A DNA stretch of 64,000 nt from Microbacterium sp. (GTDB lineage Bacteria > Actinomycetota > Actinomycetes > Actinomycetales > Microbacteriaceae): NCBI RefSeq assembly GCF_035554235.1, contig NZ_DATMIO010000177.1, forward strand, positions 11,632-75,631, read 5' to 3'. Made by a program: the position numbers and the translations under genes. The notes under the pieces are model-generated. The model had not been told where the DNA came from, did no database searches, and saw only the letters and a list, made by a program, of their open reading frames with translations. Below are positions 38,271-48,484 of the stretch, piece after piece (positions within the stretch are counted from its first letter, which is position 1; each line of letters begins with the position of its first letter).

Positions 38271-39166
38271 CCTTCCGCGAAGCCGAGCAGATCATCGGGC
38301 TCGATGGCGACGGCGGCGTCGGCCGGGGCGGTGGGGGTTGTCGTCGTGACGGTGTGACCGGATGACTCCAGCCCCGAGACGAGCGCGGCCGAGTTCTCGG
38401 CGAGCAGCTCGGGCGAGCCCTCCGGCGGCGCGATCACCCGGTACGCGGTCTCCGTCGGCAGCGAGCCGATCGAGGCCAGCGGCGTCTCGTCGGTGCCCGG
38501 CGCCCGGCCCCAGGCCTCGAGGATCTGATCCTGGACGGCGGGCTCGGTCTCGACCTGCGAGACGAGGTCGACGACGGGCGCTGCCGAATACCAGCAGGCG
38601 ACCGGTTCGAGGGGCTGGCGAGCGATGGCCGCGAGGCTGGTCGTCGCTCCCATGCCGGTGGACACGAAGAGCAGCGGCGATGCGTCGGTCTGCGTTCGGA
38701 CCCACGTCAGGAGCGCCTGCAGGTCGGTCGTCGACGAGGGCGATCCCCAGCTCGTGCCATGGAAGTCACTCGTCGCGACCGCCCAGCCGGCTGCCCCGAG
38801 CTCGAGCGCCCAGGGCTCAGCGAGGAGCGCGGCGGGGTCGTCGGCCGCGCCGGGGAAGAGCACGGCGATCCCGACGGCATCCCCCGCCGGCAGCTCGAGC
38901 CGCACGGTCTGCCCGTCGATCACGTCGGTGAGGCTGTCTTCGACGCCCGCCGGGGCGGGTTCGATCGTGCCCGTTGCCGAGGGCGACGCTTGAGGCGCCG
39001 GAGTCAGCGACGCGGGCGGCGGAGCGGCGCCCTGTCGGAATGCCGCGACCGCGACGGCGCCGAACGAGACGGCCAGGACGACGATGACGAGACTCGCCCA
39101 GAGCACCCCCCTTCGCCGAGGAACGCGGCGCTTGGGCGGGACGATCAGGCGGCCCTGCTGAGTCAC
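38258..39166 (-). CDS. Membrane-anchored protein with degenerate alpha/beta-hydrolase-like domain
   Basis: N-terminal TM, Pro/Ala linker, DFHGTSWGSP, STGMG at the expected nucleophile elbow. Confidence 0.5.
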   Translation of the reverse strand: MTQQGRLIVPPKRRVPRRRGVLWASLVIVVLAVSFGAVAVAAFRQGAAPPPASLTPAPQASPSATGTIEPAPAGVEDSLTDVIDGQTVRLELPAGDAVGIAVLFPGAADDPAALLAEPWALELGAAGWAVATSDFHGTSWGSPSSTTDLQALLTWVRTQTDASPLLFVSTGMGATTSLAAIARQPLEPVACWYSAAPVVDLVSQVETEPAVQDQILEAWGRAPGTDETPLASIGSLPTETAYRVIAPPEGSPELLAENSAALVSGLESSGHTVTTTTPTAPADAAVAIEPDDLLGFAEGCGA

Positions 39167-39464
39167 GGGACCTCCAGGTGGGGCGAGAGCATGACTGGCA
39201 ACATAGTCGGCCCACGTGAAGACACTGTTTCCCGGGTGTAACCGCCCAGCGCTCGCTGACGGCGAAAAGACGCGCGACGGCGGGCCGGCCCGGTGCGCGG
39301 GCGAAGACAGACGGCCATGCAGATGTAACAGAGAGGTAACTCAGGGGGTGATCCCGACGTCCATGATGAGAGTGGATCTGTTGCGGGGGAGCAACGACGT
39401 CGCCCGTCGACGCCCTCGCTGCGGCCCCCGGGGTAACCCATGACCATCCGGAGGTACGCAGCAC

Positions 39465-40985
39465 ATGGCGGTCATCACGGCAACCGAGGACAGGATGCAA
39501 GTGCCCGAGGAGCCGCCGAGCGCTCTCGCCCCCCTTGAGGAGGCGACGACGACGTCCTACCGCGATCGCTGGGAGAAGGCGTACGCGCGTCTGCTCGTCG
39601 TGACAGACACGCTGGTCATCATCGCGTGCCTCCTGACCGTCACGATCGCAGGATCGCAGCCCTACACGCTCCCGTTCCTCCATGGGCGGGGAGAGGTCTC
39701 GGTGTGGCTCATCGTGGGGGCGCTGATCGCGACGCTCCTCGTGCTGCTCTCACTCAGCGGCAGCCGCAGCCCGCGGGTCGTCGGCGTGGGGAGCCAGGAG
39801 TACCGGGCCATCGTGCAGTCCAGCTTCCTGGCCTTCACGACGCTCGCGCTGCTCGCGTATGTCACGAGCCTGGCCGGGCTGCACTTCATCCTCGCCGCCG
39901 GGCTTCTCGCGACGATGCCGAGCCTGATCCTGTCGCGCTGGCTGTGCCGGCGCTGGCTCGTCACTCAGCGCCGGGCGGGGCGGATGTCGCACCGCGTCCT
40001 TCTCATCGGCGCCGAGGATTCCATCGCCGCCACGGCGCGCGACCTGAAGCGCACGCCGGCGGCCGGCCTGCTCGTGGTGGGCGCCTGCACGCCGAGCGGA
40101 CGCGTGGCCGACCACATCCCCGGCACCGACATCGCGATCTCGGGGTCGGTGACCAACGTCCTGGAGGCGCTGCAGCGCGTCGAGGCGGACACCGTGCTCA
40201 TCACGAGCGCCAACGAGCTGTCTGCCGAGACGGTCCGCTGGCTGAGCTGGCAGTTGGAGCCGGGGCGCCAGCACCTCATCGTCGCCCCCAGCCTGACCGA
40301 CATCGGCGGTCCGCGTCTGCACACCCGACCCGTGGCCGGCCTGCCCCTGGTGCACGTCGAGACCCCGCGCTACGGCGGCGGAAAGCTCGTCACGAAGCGA
40401 GCCTTCGACCTCGTCGCGTCGGGCGTGCTGATCGTGCTCCTGGCGCCGGTGCTGCTCATCTCCGCGGTCATGGTGAAGTTCACCAGTCCCGGCGGCGTCT
40501 TCTTCCGTCAGGACCGCGTGGGCCTGAGCGGGGACCACTTCGACATGCTGAAGTTCCGCTCGATGTACGTCGACGCGGAGGATCGGCTCGCGGAACTGCA
40601 GCACGAGGCGCGGGATCGCGGCAACGACGTCATGTTCAAGATGAAGGACGATCCGCGTGTCACCCCGGTGGGCAGGTTCCTGCGCCGCTTCAGCCTCGAC
40701 GAGCTTCCCCAGCTCTTCAACGTGCTGATGGGAAAGATGTCACTCGTCGGCCCTCGCCCGCCGCTCGATCGCGAGGTGCGCCAGTACTCGAAGTCGGTGC
40801 ACCGCCGCTTCCTGGTCAAGCCCGGCATCACGGGACTGTGGCAGGTGAGCGGCCGCTCCGACCTCGACTGGGACGAGACGGTGCGCCTGGATCTGTTCTA
40901 CGTCGAGAACTGGACGCTCACGGGCGACCTGATGATCCTGCTCAAGACCGTCAAGGCCGTGCTGCAGAGCGACGGCGCGTACTGA
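39465..40985 (+). CDS. Polyprenyl-phosphate glycosyl-1-phosphate (priming) transferase, WcaJ/GumD type
   Basis: KRAFDL, KFRSM, DDPRVT, SLDELPQLFNVL..MSLVGPRP, KPGITGLWQV; GGAGG RBS. Confidence 0.93.
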   Translation: MAVITATEDRMQVPEEPPSALAPLEEATTTSYRDRWEKAYARLLVVTDTLVIIACLLTVTIAGSQPYTLPFLHGRGEVSVWLIVGALIATLLVLLSLSGSRSPRVVGVGSQEYRAIVQSSFLAFTTLALLAYVTSLAGLHFILAAGLLATMPSLILSRWLCRRWLVTQRRAGRMSHRVLLIGAEDSIAATARDLKRTPAAGLLVVGACTPSGRVADHIPGTDIAISGSVTNVLEALQRVEADTVLITSANELSAETVRWLSWQLEPGRQHLIVAPSLTDIGGPRLHTRPVAGLPLVHVETPRYGGGKLVTKRAFDLVASGVLIVLLAPVLLISAVMVKFTSPGGVFFRQDRVGLSGDHFDMLKFRSMYVDAEDRLAELQHEARDRGNDVMFKMKDDPRVTPVGRFLRRFSLDELPQLFNVLMGKMSLVGPRPPLDREVRQYSKSVHRRFLVKPGITGLWQVSGRSDLDWDETVRLDLFYVENWTLTGDLMILLKTVKAVLQSDGAY

Positions 40986-41023
40986 CGCACTCGTGAGGCC
41001 GGTGGTTCACGAGGCGGGGTGCT

Positions 41024-41227
41024 TCAGCGCAGCCGCTCGTCGCGCACGGCGCGCATGCCGGCGCGTGCGGCCACCGCCCTCGCATCCGCGGCCAGCACCT
41101 CGCGGGTCATCGCACCCATTTCGCCGTCGTGATCGGCGCGCGCGACGATGCGCCCGAAGAGGACGGCGATGACGGCGGCGACGGCCGCCCAGGCCGCGAC
41201 GAGCGGCAAGACAGGGGTGAGGTCCAT
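41024..41227 (-). CDS. Small single-TM hypothetical protein (67 aa)
   Basis: MDLTPVLPLVAAWAAVAAVIAVLFGRIVARAD...; GGAG RBS upstream. Confidence 0.55.
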   Translation of the reverse strand: MDLTPVLPLVAAWAAVAAVIAVLFGRIVARADHDGEMGAMTREVLAADARAVAARAGMRAVRDERLR

Positions 41228-41330
41228 GTGACTCTCCATCGAGTGCACTCGGTGCCGTACGGCAGGATCTGGTGGGTTCGTGCAGGGCGTGAAACCCACC
41301 CAGTATAGCGATCGTGGCAAGCGATCGCGA

Positions 41331-42218
41331 TCAGAGCGTCGGCGTCAGCTCCTTCAGGAACGACGAGAGGTCGGGCCCCAGATCGTGGCGGTCGAGGGCG
41401 AGCAGAATCGTCGATTTGAGGTAGTCGAGGCGATCGCCGGTGTCGTAGCGTCGCCCGCGGAAGATCACGCCGAGAACGGGGCCCGCGAGCTGCTCGTCGG
41501 CCGCGAGCGCCTCGAGCGCGTCGGTGAGCTGGATCTCGCCGCCCTTGCCCGGCTCCGTGGCCTCCAGCACATCGAAGATCTGCGGCTTCAGCACGTAGCG
41601 CCCGATGATCGCGAGGTTGGAGGGCGCATCCGCCGCGGAGGGCTTCTCGACGAGCCCGGTGACCCGCACGACATCGCTCTCGTCCGTCGTCTCGACGGCG
41701 GCGCATCCGTAGAGGTGGATCTGCGAGGGGTCGACCTCCATCAGCGCGACGACCGTCGCCGACCGGGCACGGCTGACGTCGATCATCCGCGTCAGCAGGG
41801 GATCCCGCGCATCGATGAGATCGTCGCCGAGCATGACGGCGAAGGTCTCGTTGCCGACGTGCTTCTTGGCGCGCAGCACGGCGTGCCCGAGTCCCTTCGG
41901 GTCTCCCTGGCGAACGAAGTGGATGTCGGCGAGCGAACTGGTCTCGACGACCCGGGCGAGCTTGGCGTCGTCTCCCTTTCGCTCCAGGGTGTGCTCGAGT
42001 TCGGTGACCCTGTCGAAGTGGTTCGCCAGCGCGTTCTTGTTGCGGCCGATGATCACGAGCACGTCGTCGATGCCGGCCGCGACGGCCTCTTCGACGACGT
42101 ACTGGATAGCGGGCTTGTCGACGACGGGGAGCATCTCCTTCGGCATCGCCTTCGTCGCGGGGAGGAAGCGCGTGCCGAGGCCCGCTGCGGGGATGACTGC
42201 CTTGATGGGAGTGTCCAT
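41331..42218 (-). CDS. galU: UTP-glucose-1-phosphate uridylyltransferase
   Basis: PAAGLGTRFLPATKAMPKEML, RQGDPKGLGHAV, LVEKP, GEIQLTDA; TAGCGT-N6-ATG leaderless start. Confidence 0.97.
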   Translation of the reverse strand: MDTPIKAVIPAAGLGTRFLPATKAMPKEMLPVVDKPAIQYVVEEAVAAGIDDVLVIIGRNKNALANHFDRVTELEHTLERKGDDAKLARVVETSSLADIHFVRQGDPKGLGHAVLRAKKHVGNETFAVMLGDDLIDARDPLLTRMIDVSRARSATVVALMEVDPSQIHLYGCAAVETTDESDVVRVTGLVEKPSAADAPSNLAIIGRYVLKPQIFDVLEATEPGKGGEIQLTDALEALAADEQLAGPVLGVIFRGRRYDTGDRLDYLKSTILLALDRHDLGPDLSSFLKELTPTL

Positions 42219-42486
42219 GCCCCGACGCTAGGGGAATCGCGTTAAGCGGCGATTACGCGCGCGTGACCCGAGCGTGCCACGGGACGCCCCATCGCCGCGA
42301 ATCGGCGCGGGTTCGATGCCGCATCCTTTCCAGCGGCAAGGATGGATGTCGTGACCGCCCGCCGCGACACCAACGCGAGTGGCAGCCGTGGTCGCTTCCC
42401 GCGCCCGTATCCGGCGCCACCTGCCACCTGAAGCGGCACGGAGCCGGCAGAGGGGGATGGGGGGCGGACCGCGCCAGGCGCGAGGT

Positions 42487-42529
42487 TTGGCCGATGCTTC
42501 CGCATGCCGTAAGCTTGACCCTTGGTGCC
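42487..42529 (+). promoter_or_regulatory. sigmaA-like promoter of rplM-rpsI
   Basis: TTGGCC (42487-42492), 17 nt, TAAGCT (42510-42515), followed by TGACCCTTGGTGCC. Confidence 0.6.
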
Positions 42530-42659
42530 CGCGCCCCTGCTGGCCGGCCACCGCGAACGTGAGCCCTCCACTGGTGTGTTTCCTCCGACATCCGTCGGTG
42601 AAACCCCCCGGAGCGGGATTCACGAACCTCTCCGTTCGAATCAAGAAAGCAGCACTATT

Positions 42660-43106
42660 GTGACGCGCACGTACACCCCCAAGGCTGGCGAAGCCCAGCG
42701 CGAGTGGCACATCATCGATGCGACCGACGTCGTGCTCGGCCGCCTCGCGAGCCACACCGCGGTTCTGCTCCGCGGCAAGCACAAGCCGACCTTCGCCAAC
42801 CACATGGACATGGGCGACTTCGTGATCATCATCAACGCCGAGAAGGTGGCGCTGACCGGTCAGAAGCTCCAGAAGAAGAAGGCCTACCGCCACTCGGGCT
42901 ACCCGGGCGGCCTCAAGTCGGTCACCTACGAAGAGCTCCTCGCGAAGAACCCTGAGCGCGCCGTCGAGAAGGCCGTGCGCGGCATGCTCCCCAAGAACAG
43001 CCTGGGCGCTCAGCAGCTCCGCAAGCTCAAGGTCTACCGCGGCGCCGAGCACCCCCACGCCGCTCAGCTGCCCAAGGCCTTCACCCTCGACCAGGTCGCC
43101 CAGTAA
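42660..43106 (+). CDS. rplM: 50S ribosomal protein L13
   Basis: [38 protein letters not shown]; GTG start 42660. Confidence 0.99.
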   Translation: MTRTYTPKAGEAQREWHIIDATDVVLGRLASHTAVLLRGKHKPTFANHMDMGDFVIIINAEKVALTGQKLQKKKAYRHSGYPGGLKSVTYEELLAKNPERAVEKAVRGMLPKNSLGAQQLRKLKVYRGAEHPHAAQLPKAFTLDQVAQ

Positions 43107-43136
43107 GCGCCTCCCAGACTGACTAAGGACACACTC

Positions 43137-43622
43137 GTGGCGAAGATCGAAGAATCCACCGACATCCCTCAGACGTTCACGACCGAGACCCCGGCCGCCC
43201 AGGCCGTGGAAGCGGCCCCGCGTCCCGTTCTCAGCGTTCCCGGCGCAGCCGTCGGCCGTCGCAAGCAGGCCATCGCCCGCGTGCGCATCGTCCCCGGCTC
43301 GGGCGTCATCACGGTCAACGGCCGTACGTTCGAGGACTACTTCCCGAACAAGCTGCACCAGCAGCTCGTGAAGGACCCCTTCACCGTGCTCAACCTCACC
43401 GACGCCTACGACGTCATCGCGCGCATCTCGGGCGGTGGCCCGTCGGGTCAGGCCGGCGCGCTGCGCCTCGGCATCGCCCGTTCGCTGAACGGCATCGATG
43501 AGGAGAACAACCGCCCGACCCTCAAGAAGTCCGGCTTCCTCTCGCGCGACGCGCGCGTCAAGGAGCGCAAGAAGGCCGGTCTCAAGAAGGCCCGCAAGGC
43601 TCCTCAGTACTCGAAGCGCTAG
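43137..43622 (+). CDS. rpsI: 30S ribosomal protein S9
   Basis: [39 protein letters not shown]. Confidence 0.99.
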   Translation: MAKIEESTDIPQTFTTETPAAQAVEAAPRPVLSVPGAAVGRRKQAIARVRIVPGSGVITVNGRTFEDYFPNKLHQQLVKDPFTVLNLTDAYDVIARISGGGPSGQAGALRLGIARSLNGIDEENNRPTLKKSGFLSRDARVKERKKAGLKKARKAPQYSKR

Positions 43623-43636
43623 GTCGCAACGTCCCG

Positions 43637-44995
43637 ATGCCGCTCTTCGGCACGGACGGGGTCCGGGGGCTGGCCAACGGCCCCCTGACCGCCGACCTCG
43701 CGCTCACCCTGGCCCAGGCGACCGCTGTCGTCCTGGGCCAGGGCCGTACCGCCGACGCCCGCCGCGCGGCGGGCAAACGCCTCACGGCGGTCGTCGCCCG
43801 CGACCCGAGGGTCTCCGGTGAGTTCCTCGCCGCGGCCGTCTCGGCGGGCCTCGCGTCATCCGGTGTCGACGTACTCGACGCGGGGGTGCTCCCCACGCCG
43901 GCCACCGCGTACCTCATCGCCGACATCGACGCCGACTTCGGGGTCATGGTCTCGGCGTCGCACAACCCGGCGCCCGACAACGGGATCAAGATCTTCGCGC
44001 GCGGGGGAGTGAAGCTCCCCGACGTCGTCGAGCAGCGCATCGAGGCGGCCATGGCCGCCCCCAAGCTGCAGCCGACGGGCGGCGGTGTCGGCCGCATCCG
44101 CCGATTCGCCGACGCCGAGGACCGCTACGTCGTGCACCTCCTCGGGTCGCTGCCGCACAGGCTCGACGGCCTGCACGTCGTGCTCGACTGCGCCCACGGT
44201 GCGGCATCCGGCGTCTCCCCGGAGACGTTCCGCGACGCCGGTGCGAAGGTGACCGTCATCGGCGCCGATCCCGACGGGCTCAACATCAACGACGGCGTCG
44301 GTTCGACGCACCTCGACCAGCTGGCGGATGCCGTGCTCGCGCACGGCGCCGACGTCGGCATCGCGCACGACGGCGACGCCGACCGGTGCCTCGCCGTGGA
44401 TGCCGCAGGCAAGGTCGTCGACGGCGACCAGATCATGGCGATCCTCGCGGTCGCGATGAAGAGCCGCGGGCGCCTGGTCGACGACACGCTCGTCGCGACG
44501 GTCATGAGCAACCTCGGGCTGCATGTCGCGATGCGACAGGAGGGCATCCGCCTCCTGCAGACCGCCGTGGGCGACCGCTACGTGCTCGAGTCGATGAACG
44601 AGGGCGGCTACTCCCTCGGCGGCGAGCAGTCCGGCCACGTCATCATGAGCGAGTACGCGACCACCGGCGACGGATTGCTCACGGGCCTGCACCTGATGGC
44701 CGAGATGGCACGCTCGGGCCGCACGCTGGCAGAGCTCGCATCGGTCATGACCGTGTTCCCGCAGGTGCTGTTGAACGTGCGCGGCGTGGATCGCACTGGC
44801 GTGGCCTCGGACGACGTGCTCGCCGCGGCGGTCGCCGAGGTCGAGGCGGAGCTCGGCGACACCGGTCGCGTGCTGCTGCGAGCCTCCGGCACCGAGCAGC
44901 TCGTGCGCGTCATGGTCGAGGCCGCCGATCCCGAGTCCGCGCAGTCCTATGCCGACCGGCTCGCCGCCGTCGTCAGCGAGCGACTCGCCCTCTAG
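43637..44995 (+). CDS. glmM: Phosphoglucosamine mutase
   Basis: [40 protein letters not shown]. Confidence 0.98.
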   Translation: MPLFGTDGVRGLANGPLTADLALTLAQATAVVLGQGRTADARRAAGKRLTAVVARDPRVSGEFLAAAVSAGLASSGVDVLDAGVLPTPATAYLIADIDADFGVMVSASHNPAPDNGIKIFARGGVKLPDVVEQRIEAAMAAPKLQPTGGGVGRIRRFADAEDRYVVHLLGSLPHRLDGLHVVLDCAHGAASGVSPETFRDAGAKVTVIGADPDGLNINDGVGSTHLDQLADAVLAHGADVGIAHDGDADRCLAVDAAGKVVDGDQIMAILAVAMKSRGRLVDDTLVATVMSNLGLHVAMRQEGIRLLQTAVGDRYVLESMNEGGYSLGGEQSGHVIMSEYATTGDGLLTGLHLMAEMARSGRTLAELASVMTVFPQVLLNVRGVDRTGVASDDVLAAAVAEVEAELGDTGRVLLRASGTEQLVRVMVEAADPESAQSYADRLAAVVSERLAL

Positions 44996-45867
44996 GCCTG
45001 CCGATCGACGGCGCGCTCGCCCGCTCGCGCGGCGCGCCGCATCCGCCGCTCCGCCCATACCGCGAGGCCGCCGTAGCATCCGAGGGCCATCACCAGCAGG
45101 GCCACGAACCCCCACGCGGCGGGGCGCTCCCATTGCACGTCGGCGCGACCCACCCAGATCGCCGTGAGCACGAAGGCGATGCTCACGAGCTGGGCGGCGT
45201 ACAGGATGCGAAAGCTCGTCCATCGGCGATCGATGATCATCGACGCGTTCACGAACCCCGTGAGGCTGAGGATCGCGCCGAGCGTACGGGCCGTGAGCGG
45301 GGTGAGATCCCATCCCCAGACTCCGATGAACGCCGCCGGCGACACGAACATGGTGAGGCCCGTCAGGGTCGCGATGCCGCCCACGACCACGAGTGTCCAC
45401 GCCACGGGGGCGGGGATGATGGTCTCCCGCGACGCGGGTGTGCCGGGGTCCGCGGATCGCTGGGCGACGGCGGCCGCCGCGATCAGGAACGGCGTCGTTG
45501 CGTACAGCACGGACCACACGACGAACGACAGGTTGGGAGTGAACCTGTCGGCGTGCAGCGCCGTCGCGATTCCGAGCAGGCTCGAGAACACGAAGACCGG
45601 CAGGAGGCCGCGCCGCACGCGGTGCCACTCGGCGGTGAACAGCACGCCGGCGAAGTAGACGATCCCCCCGAGGTAGGCGGCGCCGAGGATCATGCCCGTG
45701 ATCGGCGGTTCGATCGGCCAGGCGAACAGGTCGGCGACGCGCGCGGGCAGGAGAATCAGGATGCCGGCGGCGATCAGCAGGAACGGCAGCAGCACGACTG
45801 CCAGCCACCGCACCGGCAGCAGTACCCGATCGGTACCGGCTATTCCGACGCGCTCACGTGCGGGCAT
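44992..45867 (-). CDS. Multi-pass membrane protein (~8 TM, two internally similar halves)
   Basis: Hydrophobic segments; [16 protein letters not shown] vs [15 protein letters not shown]; start overlaps the stop of the upstream STAND gene by 14 nt. Confidence 0.7.
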   Translation of the reverse strand: MPARERVGIAGTDRVLLPVRWLAVVLLPFLLIAAGILILLPARVADLFAWPIEPPITGMILGAAYLGGIVYFAGVLFTAEWHRVRRGLLPVFVFSSLLGIATALHADRFTPNLSFVVWSVLYATTPFLIAAAAVAQRSADPGTPASRETIIPAPVAWTLVVVGGIATLTGLTMFVSPAAFIGVWGWDLTPLTARTLGAILSLTGFVNASMIIDRRWTSFRILYAAQLVSIAFVLTAIWVGRADVQWERPAAWGFVALLVMALGCYGGLAVWAERRMRRAARAGERAVDRQA

Positions 45868-48430
45868 GGGCAAGCACCTCCGTGAGCGGCAGGGCGCGAC
45901 CCTTTGCGGAGCCGGCATCGAACTCGTCGGCGAGCCCCGCGGAGCGCAGCCCCTCCACCGCGGGTGCGTGGAACGAGAAGGCGGCGGCGTTGAACAGCCC
46001 CGTGCGCTGGCGGAGCGCCTCGGCCGCCCCGGCGAGCTCGCCGGCGCGGTCGGCGTCGCCGCGCTTCGCGGCGATGGCGACGAGCCCCTCGAGGCCGTAT
46101 GCGACGCCTTCGTCATGTCCGAGCGCGGCCGAGATGTCGAGACCCCGGGCGAAGTCGCCCTCGGCGTCCTCGACGTCGCCGGCGAGCAGTCGCACCCATC
46201 CGCGGTGGTGCAAGGCGATCGCGATGCCGAGGGGTTCCCCTTCGGCGCTCGCGAGCGCCAGGCTCTCCTCGAAGCGGAGGGCTGCGGCATCCGCCTGCCC
46301 CGCGACCATCAGCACGCGACCCATCGTGACCAGTGCCATCGCCTCGCCCCAGCGGTCGTGGGCGGCCGTGAAGCGATCCCGGCTTCGCTCGAGGTCGGCG
46401 ATGGCGCCGGGCACATCGGGCGTCTCCGCCGCGAGCCGGGCGAGCGCGCACGAGACGAGGGCGAGCGCCTCGCCGGTGTCGTCCCCCGATTCCGCGAAGA
46501 GCTCGGCGCTGCGGGTCAGGCCCCCGACCAGGTCGACGTCCTGCTGCTGCCAGAACGCGATCGCCCTCGTGAAGTACAGCGCGATCGCCTCCGCACGGTG
46601 CGACAGGGTGCTCCCGCGCGCCGCCACCTCGTCCAGCAGCCGCGTCATCCAGATCCGCACCTGTCCGAGCAGGCCGCCGAGCCACAGGTAGAGCCAGAGC
46701 GACCACGCCAGCTCGGCCGCCCGGTCCCCGTCGCCGCGGTCGGTGAGCCACGCCACGGCGGAGGCGAGATCGGCGCGCTGGAGATTGAGCGCCGACAGCC
46801 AGCCCACCTGGTCGCCGGTGCGCAGCCCCACGGCCGCGGCGCGCGCCAGCTCGAAGAAGTACCGCGCGTGCGTCTCGCGGGCGGCATCCCATTCCTCGGC
46901 CGTGCTCAGGGCGGCCGAGTACGAGCGAACCGTGCCGAGCATGCTGAACACGCTCTGGCCCGCGACATCGTGCTGGCTCACGAGACTCGACTCCACGAGC
47001 GCGTCGAGCGAGTCCAGGGCGCCCGGGCCGACCAGGGCCTCCGCGCCGTCGAGCGTGAAGGGCCCCGCGAACACGGCGAGTCGCGCGAGGCTCGCGCGGG
47101 CCGACGGCTCGAGCAGATCGACGCTCCACTGGATGGTGCTCGCCAGGGTCCGCTGGCGTGCCGGCAGGTCGCGGGCGCCTCCGGAGAGCAGGCTCAGCCC
47201 GTCGGCCAGCCGTCCGAGGATGCTCTCGGGCGACAGCGTCCGCACACGCGCCGCGGCGAGCTCGAGGGCGAGGGGCACGCCTTCGAGCGTGCGGCAGATG
47301 GCCACGACGGCGGCGCTGTTGGCCGGAGTCAGCTCGAAGTCGGGCTGGACCGCACGCGCGCGCTCGACGAAGAGCGCAACGGAGGGGATGCCGGAGGCGG
47401 CCTCCGGCGTCGGCTCGAGGTCGTCGGCGGGAACTTCGAGGGGCGGCACGTCGAAGGTGCGCTCGGGGCGCACGCGCAGGGGCGACCGACTCGTGACGAG
47501 GACGGTGAGCTCCGGCAGCGCGGAGATGAGCGCAACGATGACCGGCGCGGCATCCAGGACGTGCTCCATGTTGTCGAGCACCATCACGAGACGGCGCCCA
47601 TCCAGCGCCGTCACGACCTTGTCTTCGAGCGGGCCTTCGCCCGAGTCCCGGACCCCCAGCTCGTGCGCGATCGCGGGAAGCACGAACGGCGCCGATCGCA
47701 CGGGCTCGAGCATCACGAAGACGACCTCGGTGCCTTCGCCGGCGATCGCGGTCGCGACCTCGATGGCGAGGCGGGACTTGCCGATGCCGCCCGGCCCGGT
47801 GAGCGTGACGAGGCGCACATCGCTCCGCGCCAGCAGCTCGCGAACGCTCGCGATGGCCCCGCCGCGGCCCACGATCGCGGTGAAGGGGGCGGGCACGCGC
47901 CCGCCGGCGGGCTCGTGGGCCGACAGAGACTGCTCCTCCGGCGACGGGCGGCTCGCGTCGAAGCGTTCGGCGAACAGCACCGCGAGGTCGACCGTGATGA
48001 GCTCGCGTAGCTCGTCCGGGTCGGAGAACCGCTTGTACGACGCGTCGTCGTCGTCGCGGATGCGCTCGAGCAGCGCGTCGAGCCGGGGCTCGCGAGCGTC
48101 GTCGAGCTGCTTGACGTAGATCAGCTTCGGGATGCCGCCGGCGAGCGCATACTCGTCTTCGAGCCCCGACGTGTCCTCCCCGGGGGCGATCCAGCCGTAG
48201 CTCGCGCCGTAGATCCCCACGAAGACATCGCTCTGGGCGAGGTACGAGCGGTAGAGCGAGCGCGGCGGATGCGGCCGTGCCCCGAGCTCGAACATGACCG
48301 GCGCGAGCTGCAGCGACTCGATCGCCGCGCGCGCGGCGCGGCGCTCGGCCTCGAGCTCGCGCAGGGTGGAACTCACGAAGACTCGAATGCGCTGGTCGGG
48401 AGTTCGGATCGCCGCCGCGGGTGCATCCAT
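45854..48430 (-). CDS. DUF4062 (TIR/NDT-like) + STAND/NB-ARC ATPase + TPR protein
   Basis: IRVFVSST..LEAER, SDVFVGIYGASYG, GLEDEY; Walker A GPGGIGKS, Walker B MVLDNMEHV, VTSR, LEGVPLALELAA; C-terminal helical repeats. Confidence 0.85.
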   Translation of the reverse strand: MDAPAAAIRTPDQRIRVFVSSTLRELEAERRAARAAIESLQLAPVMFELGARPHPPRSLYRSYLAQSDVFVGIYGASYGWIAPGEDTSGLEDEYALAGGIPKLIYVKQLDDAREPRLDALLERIRDDDDASYKRFSDPDELRELITVDLAVLFAERFDASRPSPEEQSLSAHEPAGGRVPAPFTAIVGRGGAIASVRELLARSDVRLVTLTGPGGIGKSRLAIEVATAIAGEGTEVVFVMLEPVRSAPFVLPAIAHELGVRDSGEGPLEDKVVTALDGRRLVMVLDNMEHVLDAAPVIVALISALPELTVLVTSRSPLRVRPERTFDVPPLEVPADDLEPTPEAASGIPSVALFVERARAVQPDFELTPANSAAVVAICRTLEGVPLALELAAARVRTLSPESILGRLADGLSLLSGGARDLPARQRTLASTIQWSVDLLEPSARASLARLAVFAGPFTLDGAEALVGPGALDSLDALVESSLVSQHDVAGQSVFSMLGTVRSYSAALSTAEEWDAARETHARYFFELARAAAVGLRTGDQVGWLSALNLQRADLASAVAWLTDRGDGDRAAELAWSLWLYLWLGGLLGQVRIWMTRLLDEVAARGSTLSHRAEAIALYFTRAIAFWQQQDVDLVGGLTRSAELFAESGDDTGEALALVSCALARLAAETPDVPGAIADLERSRDRFTAAHDRWGEAMALVTMGRVLMVAGQADAAALRFEESLALASAEGEPLGIAIALHHRGWVRLLAGDVEDAEGDFARGLDISAALGHDEGVAYGLEGLVAIAAKRGDADRAGELAGAAEALRQRTGLFNAAAFSFHAPAVEGLRSAGLADEFDAGSAKGRALPLTEVLAHART

Positions 48431-48484
48431 CTACGAAGTGTGGACCCAGCAGGCCGGGGTCGTCCACCCTCCGCGCCCGAGGAT

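Noticed and set aside
39325-39361. GTAAC repeats / ECF sigma promoter (GTAAC-N17-CGTC); GTAAC also at 26212, 26265 and upstream of ugd
   Set aside because: Spacing to a -10 element fits at only one site; too short to support
42228-42480. Small ORFs or ncRNA between galU and the rplM promoter
   Set aside because: No coding signature or convincing structure beyond a short CATCCTT/AAGGATG stem
10517-42480. Prophage, ICE or IS origin of the polysaccharide block
   Set aside because: No integrase, transposase, att-like repeats or phage genes recognised
45854-48430. AfsR/LuxR-type transcription regulator
   Set aside because: Has a similar ATPase-TPR core, but no HTH, OmpR-like or BTAD domain is visible; the N-terminus is DUF4062
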